Positions 1-9,123 of a DNA stretch of 64,000 bases are shown here, one piece after another. Under the pieces are notes generated by a model. It did no database searches and was not told the DNA's origin. It worked only from the letters and a program-made list of their open reading frames with translations. This stretch comes from an uncultured cyanobacterium (GTDB lineage Bacteria; Cyanobacteriota; Cyanobacteriia; Phormidesmidales; Phormidesmidaceae), in the NCBI GenBank assembly GCA_963772185.1, contig CAVYWR010000025.1, forward strand, positions 1,162 to 65,161. Direction: 5' to 3'. The translations under genes and the position numbers were made by a program. The number at the start of each line of letters is the position of its first letter. Within the stretch, counting starts at the first letter, position 1.

Positions 1-799
1 GATTCTTGTTCTTATCCAGCTCAATATTATCCCCTAGCTCACGCGCCTCACCATTCACCCTTACCCGCACAAACCCCTCCGCCGCCAGCGCCGACAGCAG
101 CTTTTGATGCGTCCCCTTCTTCCCCCTTACCACCGGAGCCAATAGCTGAAACCGCGTCCGATCCGGCAGCGCCATCACCTGATCCACCATCTGGTCGATA
201 CTCTGCGGCGAAATAGATCTGTCGCACTGCGGACAATGCGGCTGCCCCGCCCGCCCATACAACAATCGCAAATAGTCATAGATCTCCGTCACCGTCCCCA
301 CCGTAGAACGCGGATTATGCGACGTAGACTTTTGATCAATCGAAATCGCCGGACTCAGCCCCTCAATCGCATCCACATCCGGCTTATCCACCTGACCCAA
401 AAACTGACGCGCATAGGCACTTAGCGACTCCACATACCGCCGCTGCCCCTCCGCGAAAATCGTATCAAACGCCAGCGAAGACTTCCCAGAGCCCGAAACC
501 CCAGTAAAAACCACCATCTTATCTCGCGGCAAATCGAGACTAATATCCTTCAGATTGTGCTGCCTAGCCCCACGAATCCGAATCAAATTCTTCGTATCCG
601 ACAAATCGATCAGCCCATCGACCGACCCATGCCCATTCGATACAGGTGCAACCTTTTTAGCCTTTTCTGTCGTCGCCTTGCTTGCCGTCGAACCCTTAGC
701 TTGCTTTGTTCCAGCCTTCTTTATCTGAATTTTCTCTACTTGAGCAGTACTTTCCGTAGCGGACTGATCCTGGTTCGATTTCTTCTTTGAAGGAGGCAT
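1..799 (-). CDS. uvrA: Excinuclease ABC subunit UvrA, N-terminal part (runs off window start)
   Basis: Manual minus-strand translation from ATG at 799: MPPSKKKS...[88 protein letters not shown], with Walker A and a CPQC zinc-finger half. Not in the ORF track because no stop lies inside the window. Confidence 0.97.
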   Translation of the reverse strand, partial: MPPSKKKSNQDQSATESTAQVEKIQIKKAGTKQAKGSTASKATTEKAKKVAPVSNGHGSVDGLIDLSDTKNLIRIRGARQHNLKDISLDLPRDKMVVFTGVSGSGKSSLAFDTIFAEGQRRYVESLSAYARQFLGQVDKPDVDAIEGLSPAISIDQKSTSHNPRSTVGTVTEIYDYLRLLYGRAGQPHCPQCDRSISPQSIDQMVDQVMALPDRTRFQLLAPVVRGKKGTHQKLLSALAAEGFVRVRVNGEARELGDNIELDKNKN

Positions 800-965
800 T
801 AGTAGGGTGCAGCTATGAGAGAGTCAGGCAAGGTTCAGTCTACGCAAAAACCCGCAAAAACATTGCTTCATGATAGACCACTAACCAAGCCTATGCCCCG
901 CCTCTACAACGCAGAAAACCTAGAAGGATACAGCTCCTCATCTAAAACGATCTCCATCAACTCCC

Positions 966-1060
966 CTCCAGGAAACCCTTTCGGGGGGTTTGGGGGAGCC
1001 CGGGCCCCCAAGCAGGATATAGAGGCTCCAAGCAAAGGAGGGGCATGGGGAGGAAATCCC
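966..1060. repeat. GC-rich short dispersed repeat-like hairpin cluster between uvrA and codA
   Basis: Tandem hairpins AAACCC-TTTCG-GGGGGTTT and TTGGGGG-AGCCCGGG-CCCCCAA, followed by TTGCCTC-type heptamers at about 1075-1097. Resembles cyanobacterial intergenic repeats; single copy in this window. Confidence 0.5.
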
Positions 1061-1105
1061 CAACTCTTATCGCCTTGCCCCTTGCCTCTTGCCTCTTACA
1101 AAACT

Positions 1106-2353
1106 CTAATCCCCCAACCACCGCACCACCGACGGCTCCCCCTCCACCAAAACCCGCCCCCGCGAAATCACCCACCTCACCATCGCCCGCCTCAAAATTG
1201 CCCCATACCGATCCTCCGCATCCAACACCACCAAATTCGCAGGCCGCCCCACCGCAATCCCATACCCCTCCCCCAAATCCAACGTCCTCGCCCCACCCAC
1301 CGTCACCATATCGAAACAAGCATCCATCTCCGCTAGCCCCGTCATTTGACACACATGCACCGCCATCTCCACCACCGACAGCAAATTCCCCGTCCCCAGG
1401 CTGTACCAAGGATCTTGAACACAGTCATGACCCAAACTCACAGTCAGCCCACCTTGCCAAAGCTCCTTCACCCGAGTCACCCCCCGCCGCTTCGGATAAG
1501 AATCCGTCCGCCCCTGCAAAGTAATATTGATCAGCGGATTCGCAATAAAATTCAGATCAGCCCGCTTCAAGCTCCCCATCAGCTTCAGCGCATAGGCATC
1601 GTCATACGAACCAAACGCCGTCGTATGACTCGCCGTCACCTCCGAACTGAGGCCACTACGAATACACTCAGCCGCCATCACCTCCAAAAACCGCGACTGC
1701 GGATCATCAATCTCATCACAGTGAACATCAATCAGCCGCCCATACCGCTGAGCCAGCTCAAAAATCTTGTGAACAGAGCGCACCCCATCCTCCCGAGTCA
1801 GCTCATAGTGTGGAATTCCACCCACCACATCCGCCCCCAACCGCAGCGCCTCTTCCATCAGATCCTCATTTTGAGGACTGCCATACAGCCCATCTTGAGG
1901 AAACGCCACCACCTGCAAACTCATCCAGTCCTTAACCGCCTCTCGCACCTCCAGCAAACCCTTCAAAGCGATCAAGCCCGGCTCACTCACATCAGCATGA
2001 CTGCGCACAAACAAAACCCCATAGCCTGCCTGCTGCTTCAGCGTCCGAATCGCCCGCGCTTTGACATCTTCTATGGTTAAGCTCGCCTTTCTCTCTCGCC
2101 AGATATCAATCCCTTCAAACAGCGTCCCGCTCTGATTCCACCGAGGCTCCCCAGCCGTCATCGCCGAATCCAGATGAATATGCGACTCTACAAACGGCGG
2201 AATCACTAGCTGACCGTCAACGTCTAGCTCAGTCGCCGCTGTGATTGGCAAGTCAGCATCAATTGCAATGATTTTGTCGTGGGCGATCGCAATATCCACC
2301 ACATCCCCATTTACCAGCCGCCCGCGCCGCAGCACCAAAGTCGCATCCACCAT
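1106..2353 (-). CDS. codA: Cytosine deaminase (amidohydrolase family)
   Basis: PPFVESHIHLD (HxH), RWNQSGTLFEGI, VAFPQDG, DVHCDEIDD, ASHTTA and GHDCVQDPWY motifs match E. coli-type CodA. Confidence 0.95.
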   Translation of the reverse strand: MVDATLVLRRGRLVNGDVVDIAIAHDKIIAIDADLPITAATELDVDGQLVIPPFVESHIHLDSAMTAGEPRWNQSGTLFEGIDIWRERKASLTIEDVKARAIRTLKQQAGYGVLFVRSHADVSEPGLIALKGLLEVREAVKDWMSLQVVAFPQDGLYGSPQNEDLMEEALRLGADVVGGIPHYELTREDGVRSVHKIFELAQRYGRLIDVHCDEIDDPQSRFLEVMAAECIRSGLSSEVTASHTTAFGSYDDAYALKLMGSLKRADLNFIANPLINITLQGRTDSYPKRRGVTRVKELWQGGLTVSLGHDCVQDPWYSLGTGNLLSVVEMAVHVCQMTGLAEMDACFDMVTVGGARTLDLGEGYGIAVGRPANLVVLDAEDRYGAILRRAMVRWVISRGRVLVEGEPSVVRWLGD

Positions 2354-2563
2354 CCAGTCAGCCTCCTAGTCAAGCCCTCGGCAGAATTTTAAGCTTTCTT
2401 GCACTATCAAAATCCCTGTTCAGATTGCGCTATATAAAGCAAATCAAACTTAAACCTACCAAAAGTATAAAATCTTTGAGTAGGAACGTATTGAGTCACG
2501 ACACCTTCATGTTCCGCCAGGTGTCCAACTTCAAAACTTTGCCACCGCGTTGGCCATCGAACT

Positions 2564-2998
2564 ATGGAATCACAGCAGGAACCCGATCAAAAAACGCAAC
2601 AGGACTTGCAGCAACGCATTAGTCACCAGCGCGTTCAGCATATCGTCGATAGCTATCTGCTAGGTGGTGACGAGCCCACAGCCTTCGAGACCTATCTGCA
2701 CGACCTACTCAGCCAATACCCTCACGGGCTGATCGAACTTGCCCTAGTCGCCACCCTAGTCAAAAACTGGTTGACCATCCCCATGCAAAAAGGTGTTCCT
2801 TTCCTCACCACTGCCCACGAGCAGATCAAACAGTGGCAGACAAACCAGCCGCCGCATCAAAGTCCGTTAGAGATTAGCCTGACTCACAGCCAGTTTCATC
2901 AGATCACCGGACTCGATCCTAACGCCGCCTTCGCCGCTCTAGAACAGTTTCGCCATCAGCCAGCACCTACTGCCACAGAATCCACCTCCGGAGTCTAG
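2564..2998 (+). CDS. Hypothetical protein (144 aa)
   Basis: ATG-started ORF filling the gap between codA and comF; no recognisable catalytic motif. Confidence 0.75.
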   Translation: MESQQEPDQKTQQDLQQRISHQRVQHIVDSYLLGGDEPTAFETYLHDLLSQYPHGLIELALVATLVKNWLTIPMQKGVPFLTTAHEQIKQWQTNQPPHQSPLEISLTHSQFHQITGLDPNAAFAALEQFRHQPAPTATESTSGV

Positions 2999-3723
2999 TC
3001 AGCAGCAGCTCTAGCAACAGCAACCATTCCAATCACAGAGACATGCGATCGCCTCAAGACATCCGCCGCACTCCGCGCCGTTGTCCCACTGGTGTAAATA
3101 TCATCAACCAGTAAGACCTGAGGCATTCTCCCTAGCCGTCTGCCCGTCTGTTGTAGCGAACGACCCAGTCGGAAAGCACCCTTCAAGTTTTCCTGCCGAG
3201 CCTTCAGACCTAGCTGGTACTGAGGCAGCGTGTCCTCTACACGGCTCAATCCTGCGGCTAGCATTGGCAACCCGCTCACCTGACAAAAACTACGAGCAAT
3301 CAGCTCCGCTTGGTTATAGCCCCTTTGCGCCTGTCGATGACGATGCAGCGGAATCGGCAGCGCATATAGAGGGACTCGCCGAGACTTTTCACGGATGCGA
3401 GCCTGTTGCTGTAGCCATTGTTTACCTAGCGCAATCCCAAAGGCGCTGCCAACTTCTGGCCTATATTCATACTTCAAAGCGCGTAGCGCCTGTTTGATCG
3501 CTCCGCTGTAGGGTCCAAGCGCCCCCAGTAGTAGAGGATGATTAGGATCTGGCGTCCAGCCTTCGCAGCCACCTATTAGATCTTGCATCTGCCCTTGGCA
3601 GTCTGGGCAAAAAGGCCGATGCTGCGGGCGATCGCAAACCGCGCATCCCTGACTCAAAAAAAAGCCGAGTCCACTGCTAGCAACGGACCGGCCCAACTGA
3701 CGGACAAAGGCTAATCTACTCAT
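2995..3723 (-). CDS. comF: ComF family protein (zinc ribbon plus phosphoribosyltransferase domain)
   Basis: CAVC..CPDC, PIPLH...RGYNQAELIA and VLLVDDIYTSGTT motifs. Confidence 0.9.
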   Translation of the reverse strand: MSRLAFVRQLGRSVASSGLGFFLSQGCAVCDRPQHRPFCPDCQGQMQDLIGGCEGWTPDPNHPLLLGALGPYSGAIKQALRALKYEYRPEVGSAFGIALGKQWLQQQARIREKSRRVPLYALPIPLHRHRQAQRGYNQAELIARSFCQVSGLPMLAAGLSRVEDTLPQYQLGLKARQENLKGAFRLGRSLQQTGRRLGRMPQVLLVDDIYTSGTTARSAADVLRRSHVSVIGMVAVARAAAD

Positions 3724-3765
3724 ATACAGCTATCTACCCTTTCAGAGTACGCAGCAGTACCTGCG

Positions 3766-3966
3766 TTAGTTGTCGCTAGATTGAGTCTGAATAGTGGCGG
3801 TGGTGCCGTCTGCAAAGACTAAATACATTAGATTGCGATCTGGATGCTCATGCTGGTCAGCGTCAGTCGCTTTATCGGGCTGACTGTAGCTGATGTTGCT
3901 TACGACAGCGCTAGCAGACTTGGCTTTCTTCAGTAAATGCATAGGGTTCGAGTGATTGAGTAACAA
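3766..3966 (-). CDS. Small hypothetical protein (start uncertain)
   Basis: Short ORF co-oriented with comF; no motif recognised. Confidence 0.3.
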   Translation of the reverse strand: MLLNHSNPMHLLKKAKSASAVVSNISYSQPDKATDADQHEHPDRNLMYLVFADGTTATIQTQSSDN

Positions 3967-4375
3967 ATTTCAGGAATCCACCTTAATCTTTCCGGATCTG
4001 ACCGGAATTTAGTGAGCGTATAAGTAAGGAACTTCGCTCGTATAATTTTTTCAGCCGATATATCAGTCTCCTACACTGTTGGGCTCGCACGGCATTGAGG
4101 AGCTCGAAGGCTTTTTGCAAAAAGCGCAGCTACCCTTGAAGCAGTAGTCTCTTCAAACTTTCAAGACAAACAACCGAGTCAGTTCACAAATCCTTCACAT
4201 ATGAAGTTTAGGTGATGTGTGAATTTACGGACAATTCTAACGGCTACTGCTGACTCTGCACAAAAAATACATAACTTGAGCCGTAAAAGCCTATGATTAA
4301 GGCAGGTTGGCGCGAAGTTGCGTCGATTGGCTGGAAAGACCTCAGCTTAATGACTTAACTATCTCCGCACGAGCC

Positions 4376-5014
4376 TTGGGTGTAGAACTTCGTAGCTACG
4401 TATATTTAGACAATCTGCAGCCTCAGCATGCCGCCTATATCGGCACTGTTTCTATTGGGTTCCTACCCCTACCAGGAGACGCTTCGCTCTGGATCGAGGT
4501 ATCGCCAGGTATTGAGATTAACCGGATTACCGATGTCGCCCTCAAGTCTGCGGTCGTCCGGCCTGGTGTACAGGTGGTAGAGCGGCTATACGGCGTCTTA
4601 GAACTTCACGGTAGCCAGGGTGAGGTCAAAGCTGCGGGACGTGCTATCTTGACCTATCTAGGGCTTCAGCAGAAAGATGCGCTAAAGCCAGAACTCCTCT
4701 CTAACCAGGTCATCCGCAACCTTGACCCGCATCATGTCCAGCTAGTCAATCGCACTCGCCGAGGCAACATGATTCTGGCGGGCGAGACGCTATACGTCAT
4801 GGAGTGCCAGCCTGCTGCCTACGCTGCTCTCGCCGCTAACGAAGCCGAGAAAGCAGCTTTTATCAATATTCTGCAAATATCTGCAATTGGTAGTTTTGGG
4901 CGGCTTTATTTAGGCGGCGCTGAGCAAGATATCTTAGCCGCCGCGCGGGCGGTCAAAGCAGAGATGCAGGCGCTGCCGGGACGGCTAGACGATGACGATG
5001 ATCCAGATGAGTAG
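4376..5014 (+). CDS. ccmP: Tandem-BMC-domain carboxysome shell protein CcmP
   Basis: (M)[54 protein letters not shown] and C-terminal [16 protein letters not shown]...[10 protein letters not shown]. Probable TTG start at 4376, inside track ORF 4307..5014. Confidence 0.9.
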   Translation: MGVELRSYVYLDNLQPQHAAYIGTVSIGFLPLPGDASLWIEVSPGIEINRITDVALKSAVVRPGVQVVERLYGVLELHGSQGEVKAAGRAILTYLGLQQKDALKPELLSNQVIRNLDPHHVQLVNRTRRGNMILAGETLYVMECQPAAYAALAANEAEKAAFINILQISAIGSFGRLYLGGAEQDILAAARAVKAEMQALPGRLDDDDDPDE

Positions 5015-5051
5015 GCATTAGGGCTAGGCTTTGGCACTGCGTTTGTCTCAG

Positions 5052-5969
5052 CTACGGTGTGTTTGCTGATTTGAAGTTGAGCTGCGATCGCTCAAAAACC
5101 AGTCGATTGACTAGGGCAATCACATTCTGACCAGAATCAGTCATATTCTCGGTCAGGACTATCAGCAGGTAAGGATGGATATCCTCTGCTTCTACGTAAG
5201 CGGCACTATGAGCAATTCGAGCCTGCACATCGCTCTTCTGCCAGATCTTAGCGCCAGGAGGCAAGTCGATAAAAGCTGACTCCGCCTGATCTGTGAGCAA
5301 GCTCATCATGGATTGAGACCGAATGCTGGTCACCGACACGCCACCAATGATGCTGTGTAGCAGCCGAGCGATCGCCTCTGTAGTCAGCTGATTCCGATTC
5401 TCGAACGTCTCACCAAAGAACACTCGCTCTCTGCCGTAGGGACCGTCCTGCCATGTTTTTTGATTGACATTGATAGATCTAAGCTCTGACCAACCTAGCT
5501 GCACAAAGTACCGATTGACGATGTCGCGCTGAGACTGCCATGTCGTCATTGGACCTTCAGGTAAGACAGGACCGCTAGAAACACCGCTGAGGATATCAAC
5601 CAAGTAGCTAGTCGCGTCGTGACTGCCATCTCGAATCATATTAGCGAGTGCTCTTTCCGTGTCCGCAGCCGGTTGCACCATGCCTTGCTCTAGCCAAACG
5701 TGGATAGCCACTAGATAAAATAGATGTACTAGACTACCCGGCTCGATTAGCTCTACGCCTCGGTAGCTAGCGCCTTCAGGCTGATACTGCCAGAATTCTT
5801 CAGCGCTGAGGGCTCCACCTGTGTTGATTCGGTAGGGAGGGTTGTAGGTAATCCAGGTGAGGGCGATCTGATTTTGAGCGAGCTGGGGGTAGATCTCCCA
5901 AACGGTATCGAGGATCTGATCGAGCTGGCTTTGCAGACCCAGATCAGAGGTAAAGAATTTGACAGGCAT
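5052..5969 (-). CDS. Serine hydrolase, class A beta-lactamase-like family (degenerate motifs)
   Basis: GASYRGVELIEPGSLVHLFY, INVNQKTW.DGPYGRER and NRNQLTTEAIARLL are typical of the cyanobacterial beta-lactamase-like family. Confidence 0.8.
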   Translation of the reverse strand: MPVKFFTSDLGLQSQLDQILDTVWEIYPQLAQNQIALTWITYNPPYRINTGGALSAEEFWQYQPEGASYRGVELIEPGSLVHLFYLVAIHVWLEQGMVQPAADTERALANMIRDGSHDATSYLVDILSGVSSGPVLPEGPMTTWQSQRDIVNRYFVQLGWSELRSINVNQKTWQDGPYGRERVFFGETFENRNQLTTEAIARLLHSIIGGVSVTSIRSQSMMSLLTDQAESAFIDLPPGAKIWQKSDVQARIAHSAAYVEAEDIHPYLLIVLTENMTDSGQNVIALVNRLVFERSQLNFKSANTP

Positions 5970-6007
5970 GGGAGAGGCGGCGGAAGGATGAAGTCAGAAG
6001 TAGGAGT

Positions 6008-6520
6008 TTATAAGCTTTTGGCTGCGTGGGCTAATGCAAGTCTCTCGTATTTTTTGGCATGTTCGATTAGATCTGCCGCTTCTGCTGCTGAAACGGGGCG
6101 GCGAACTTTGGCAGGAACGCCAACAACGAGCGATCGCGCCGGAACATCTTTGCTAACTACCGCGCCCGCACCGACGATACTGCCGCTGCCGACTCGCACA
6201 CCGTTTAAGACAATCGCACCGATACCGATCAAACAGCCTGCTTCGATATGGGCACTGTGAATAACCGCGCGGTGACCAACGGTGACATAAGCTTCTAAAA
6301 CAGTCGGCTGATCGGGATCACCGTGAATGATCGCGCCGTCTTGAATGTTGCTGTGTTCGCCAATTCTAATCACTTCCACGTCGCCTCTGACCACAGCGCC
6401 ATACCAGATGCTGACGCCCTGACCAATATCTACATCGCCAATTACCGTAGCGTTGGCGGCGACAAACGTAGCAGAGCGCAGGTCCGGCTCTTGTACAGAG
6501 ACATCTTCGGATGCAGAAAT
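6008..6520 (-). CDS. Gamma carbonic anhydrase family (hexapeptide-repeat) protein; start uncertain
   Basis: VSIWYGAVVRGDVEVIRIGEHSNIQDGAIIHGD...VTVGHRAVIHSA. The frame stays open upstream of the track GTG at 6394 (EPDLRSATFVAANATVIGDVDIG) but has no in-frame ATG/GTG/TTG; an ATT at about 6520 is the candidate start. Confidence 0.85.
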   Translation of the reverse strand: MSASEDVSVQEPDLRSATFVAANATVIGDVDIGQGVSIWYGAVVRGDVEVIRIGEHSNIQDGAIIHGDPDQPTVLEAYVTVGHRAVIHSAHIEAGCLIGIGAIVLNGVRVGSGSIVGAGAVVSKDVPARSLVVGVPAKVRRPVSAAEAADLIEHAKKYERLALAHAAKSL

Positions 6521-6683
6521 GTGTTCTCTGCAAGTGCGTTCTCTGGTGAGTTAACAGAAGACTCTGACAGGGACATGGTTGAGTTCGCGCGATCGCCTCG
6601 CTAGCTACAATAAGTCGACTAGTATATATCTTTAGGCGATCACCATCGCTTAAGCTCGCCCAAACATTCAGCCATAGAGACTT

Positions 6684-7196
6684 TTGATGCTAGGCTCCGC
6701 CTCTCAATATCCCATATTCGGTCCGGAAGTCCGCTGCCCTCACTGCCGCCAAGTTATTCCCGCCCTAGTGCTAACAGATAGCTATCTCTGCTCTCGGCAC
6801 GGCGCGTTTGAAGCCAACCCCAAAACCGAAGAGCTGGTGCATGTGCAATCGGGGCGACACTGGCGACGCTGGGAAGAAAGGTGGTATCGGCAGCACACCC
6901 ATCCAGACGGGATTCGGTTTGAAATTCACGAAGAGCTAGATCGGCTGTATACGCAAGGTTTTCGCGCAACTCGGGTGATCATAGCCCAGCGTTATCAGCA
7001 GTTGATGAGTCCGTATCTAGAGCATGGCGCACCGTGGCAGAGCCCAGGACACGAGAAAAGCCCAAAGCTGTATGGACTGCCAGTCACCTTTAGTGAACCG
7101 GCTTCGGTAACGCCGCAGTGGGCAGTGGTCAATTTTGATCTAGAAAAAGAGCCAGGAGTACCGACTCAGTACCGCTACTTGAAGATGTTTGACTAG
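6684..7196 (+). CDS. TIGR02652-like cyanobacterial conserved protein
   Basis: QYPIFGPEVRCPHCRQVIPALVLTDSYLCSRHGAFEA...WYRQHTHPDGIRFEIHEELDRLYTQG. Confidence 0.85.
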   Translation: MMLGSASQYPIFGPEVRCPHCRQVIPALVLTDSYLCSRHGAFEANPKTEELVHVQSGRHWRRWEERWYRQHTHPDGIRFEIHEELDRLYTQGFRATRVIIAQRYQQLMSPYLEHGAPWQSPGHEKSPKLYGLPVTFSEPASVTPQWAVVNFDLEKEPGVPTQYRYLKMFD

Positions 7197-7230
7197 TGAG
7201 TTGACCCATTCGCTAACCCTTTGAGTTCCT

Positions 7231-7641
7231 ATGCATCATGCTTCTATTAAGACGGCAGATATCCATCAGGCGATCGCATTCTACGAACGGCTAGGGTTAG
7301 AGATCGAAACCCGGTTCACCGCTGGAATCACCCTAGCCTGCTGGATGACAGGCTTAGGCGGTCGGATCGAGCTGATTCAGGTGCCAGAACCCAGGCCAGC
7401 GCTAGACGCGTTTGTCGATGAGCACTACACAGGGTACTATCACCTGTCGTTCGATCTCACCGACCAAGTTGAGAGTTTGCCGGTTTGGTTGGGGAGCCTA
7501 CGTAAACAGACTCAAGCAACGGGCGGACAGCTCAGCGTTTTATTGGAGCCGCAGCAGCAGCAGATTGGCGATCATATTTATGAGGTCGCCTTTATCGCAG
7601 ATACGGACGGGCTTCCTTTGGAATTTATTCGGCGGATTTAG
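7231..7641 (+). CDS. VOC/glyoxalase family protein
   Basis: MHHASIKTADIHQAIAFYE, GYYHLSFD and AFIADTDGLPLEF. Confidence 0.9.
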   Translation: MHHASIKTADIHQAIAFYERLGLEIETRFTAGITLACWMTGLGGRIELIQVPEPRPALDAFVDEHYTGYYHLSFDLTDQVESLPVWLGSLRKQTQATGGQLSVLLEPQQQQIGDHIYEVAFIADTDGLPLEFIRRI

Positions 7642-7642
7642 A

Positions 7643-9109
7643 ATGGGCGTTGATGTGATGCCGTTTGCAGATAACTGGGCCTATCTAAAAACGGAGCTGG
7701 CCTGGTTAGATAGACTGCTGGTGCTGGCGATCGCCCGTCAAAAAAAAGAAACCAAAGCCGTCCGCAAAGTAGCCGCCACTAAGGCTGATACGGTCAGCAG
7801 CCACTGGTGGAAAGGCGTCATCATAGTCCCCAATCCGGCCTACGACGACTGCCAGGTGGCACCGACACCGCGCCAGCGTAAAACGGCAGGCTATCAAAGC
7901 CAGCTAGAAAACCGAATCAAGCTAACGGCTGAAGAGAGCGTAGTGCTGGCGTTGCCATCTTTGCGCCACTACCTGAATCTGACGCTGTTTGAAAAGAATC
8001 TAATTCTGATGGTGCTAGCACCTGAGGTGAGTCGGCGCTACGGTCAGCTCTATCACTTTTTGCAAACGGGTGAAGAGAGTAAAAGCGCCTCTGATTTACC
8101 GATGATGGATCTAGCGCTCCGGCTGCTGTGCCGCAATGACCTAGAACGGCGTCGAGCTAGGGCTAGTCTGATAGGGCCGCAGTCGCTGATCGAAAGGCGA
8201 ATTCTACGCTACGTATCGCCGCCTGCGACTACTCGGCTCAGCAGTTACTTGCAGCTCACCGAAGAATGGGTTGATTACTTGCTAGCAGAACAGCCCGATC
8301 AGCAGGTGCTGTTTGAGCGATTAGCCACTCCCACTCCCAAACCTGTCCTGGCACTGCCTGCACCGACCGCCGCTACTCGCGCAGTCAAAATTCATCAGCC
8401 AGAAGTGTCCTGGGACCAGCTAATTTTACCGACGCCGATCATTTCTCAACTGCAAACGCTATGTCAGCAGGCGTCTGCTAGTTTGCTGACGCGCACTCAA
8501 ACAGGGCACACGGCGCTGCTAGTAGGCGCAATGGGCACTGGCAAGACAATGGCAGCAGGTGCGATCGCCACCTCCATTCGCCAGCCCCTGTGCGAACTAG
8601 ACCTCAAACAGGTCCATCCCGACGATGCCTTTGCGGTATTGCTCACGCTTGATGCCGCTCGCTACCCGGTGTTGCTGATCAAATCGGCCTCCGTTTGGTT
8701 TGGGCGAAACGCCGAAATGCCTACAGCGGCTCTACGGCAGTGGCTACAGCAAAGGCAGAGCGCGCCTAGCCTAACGTTGTTTAGCGTTCGCTATCTGCAT
8801 ACGATCAAAGCCAGCTGGCGGCAGCAGATGGATGTAGTTTCCACGCTGCCGCTGCCGCACAAGATGGCTAGAAAGATGCTGCTGCGGCAGTCTTTTAGCG
8901 GGATTGCCTGTAGCGACCAGATCGATTGGGAGAGCCTGGCTGCGCAGATGAAGCTGAGTGGCGGTGACCTGAGTGCGATCGCCCAGGCAGCAGTGGCGAT
9001 CGCACAGGCCAAACAGGCCAAAACCGTCACCTTCAGTCACATCCAGCAAGCCGTCAAACGCAGAGGGCTCTCAATCAATCTGATCAACAGCACTCAGAGT
9101 GATTCATAA
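7643..9109 (+). CDS. AAA-family ATPase-like protein
   Basis: Probable ATG at 7643 (or the next Met) inside track ORF 7412..9109. Motifs FADNWAYLKTELAWLDRLL, SWDQLILP, Walker A GAMGTGKT and C-terminal lid LSGGDLSAIA. Confidence 0.8.
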   Translation: MGVDVMPFADNWAYLKTELAWLDRLLVLAIARQKKETKAVRKVAATKADTVSSHWWKGVIIVPNPAYDDCQVAPTPRQRKTAGYQSQLENRIKLTAEESVVLALPSLRHYLNLTLFEKNLILMVLAPEVSRRYGQLYHFLQTGEESKSASDLPMMDLALRLLCRNDLERRRARASLIGPQSLIERRILRYVSPPATTRLSSYLQLTEEWVDYLLAEQPDQQVLFERLATPTPKPVLALPAPTAATRAVKIHQPEVSWDQLILPTPIISQLQTLCQQASASLLTRTQTGHTALLVGAMGTGKTMAAGAIATSIRQPLCELDLKQVHPDDAFAVLLTLDAARYPVLLIKSASVWFGRNAEMPTAALRQWLQQRQSAPSLTLFSVRYLHTIKASWRQQMDVVSTLPLPHKMARKMLLRQSFSGIACSDQIDWESLAAQMKLSGGDLSAIAQAAVAIAQAKQAKTVTFSHIQQAVKRRGLSINLINSTQSDS

Positions 9110-9123
9110 ACCGCGTCACCAAA

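Noticed and set aside
815-2080. Long Pro/His-rich plus-strand ORFs (815..1336, 1045..1524, 1346..2080) and Gly-rich 957..1409
   Set aside because: Shadow frames of codA produced by the local C/G skew; no protein motifs.
4182-4200. TTCACA-N5-TTCACA upstream of ccmP as an RcaC L-box or RpaB HLR1 site
   Set aside because: Only a partial match to either consensus.
7412-7642. N-terminal 77 codons of track ORF 7412..9109
   Set aside because: Overlaps the VOC gene; the ATG at 7643 directly after the VOC stop is a better start.
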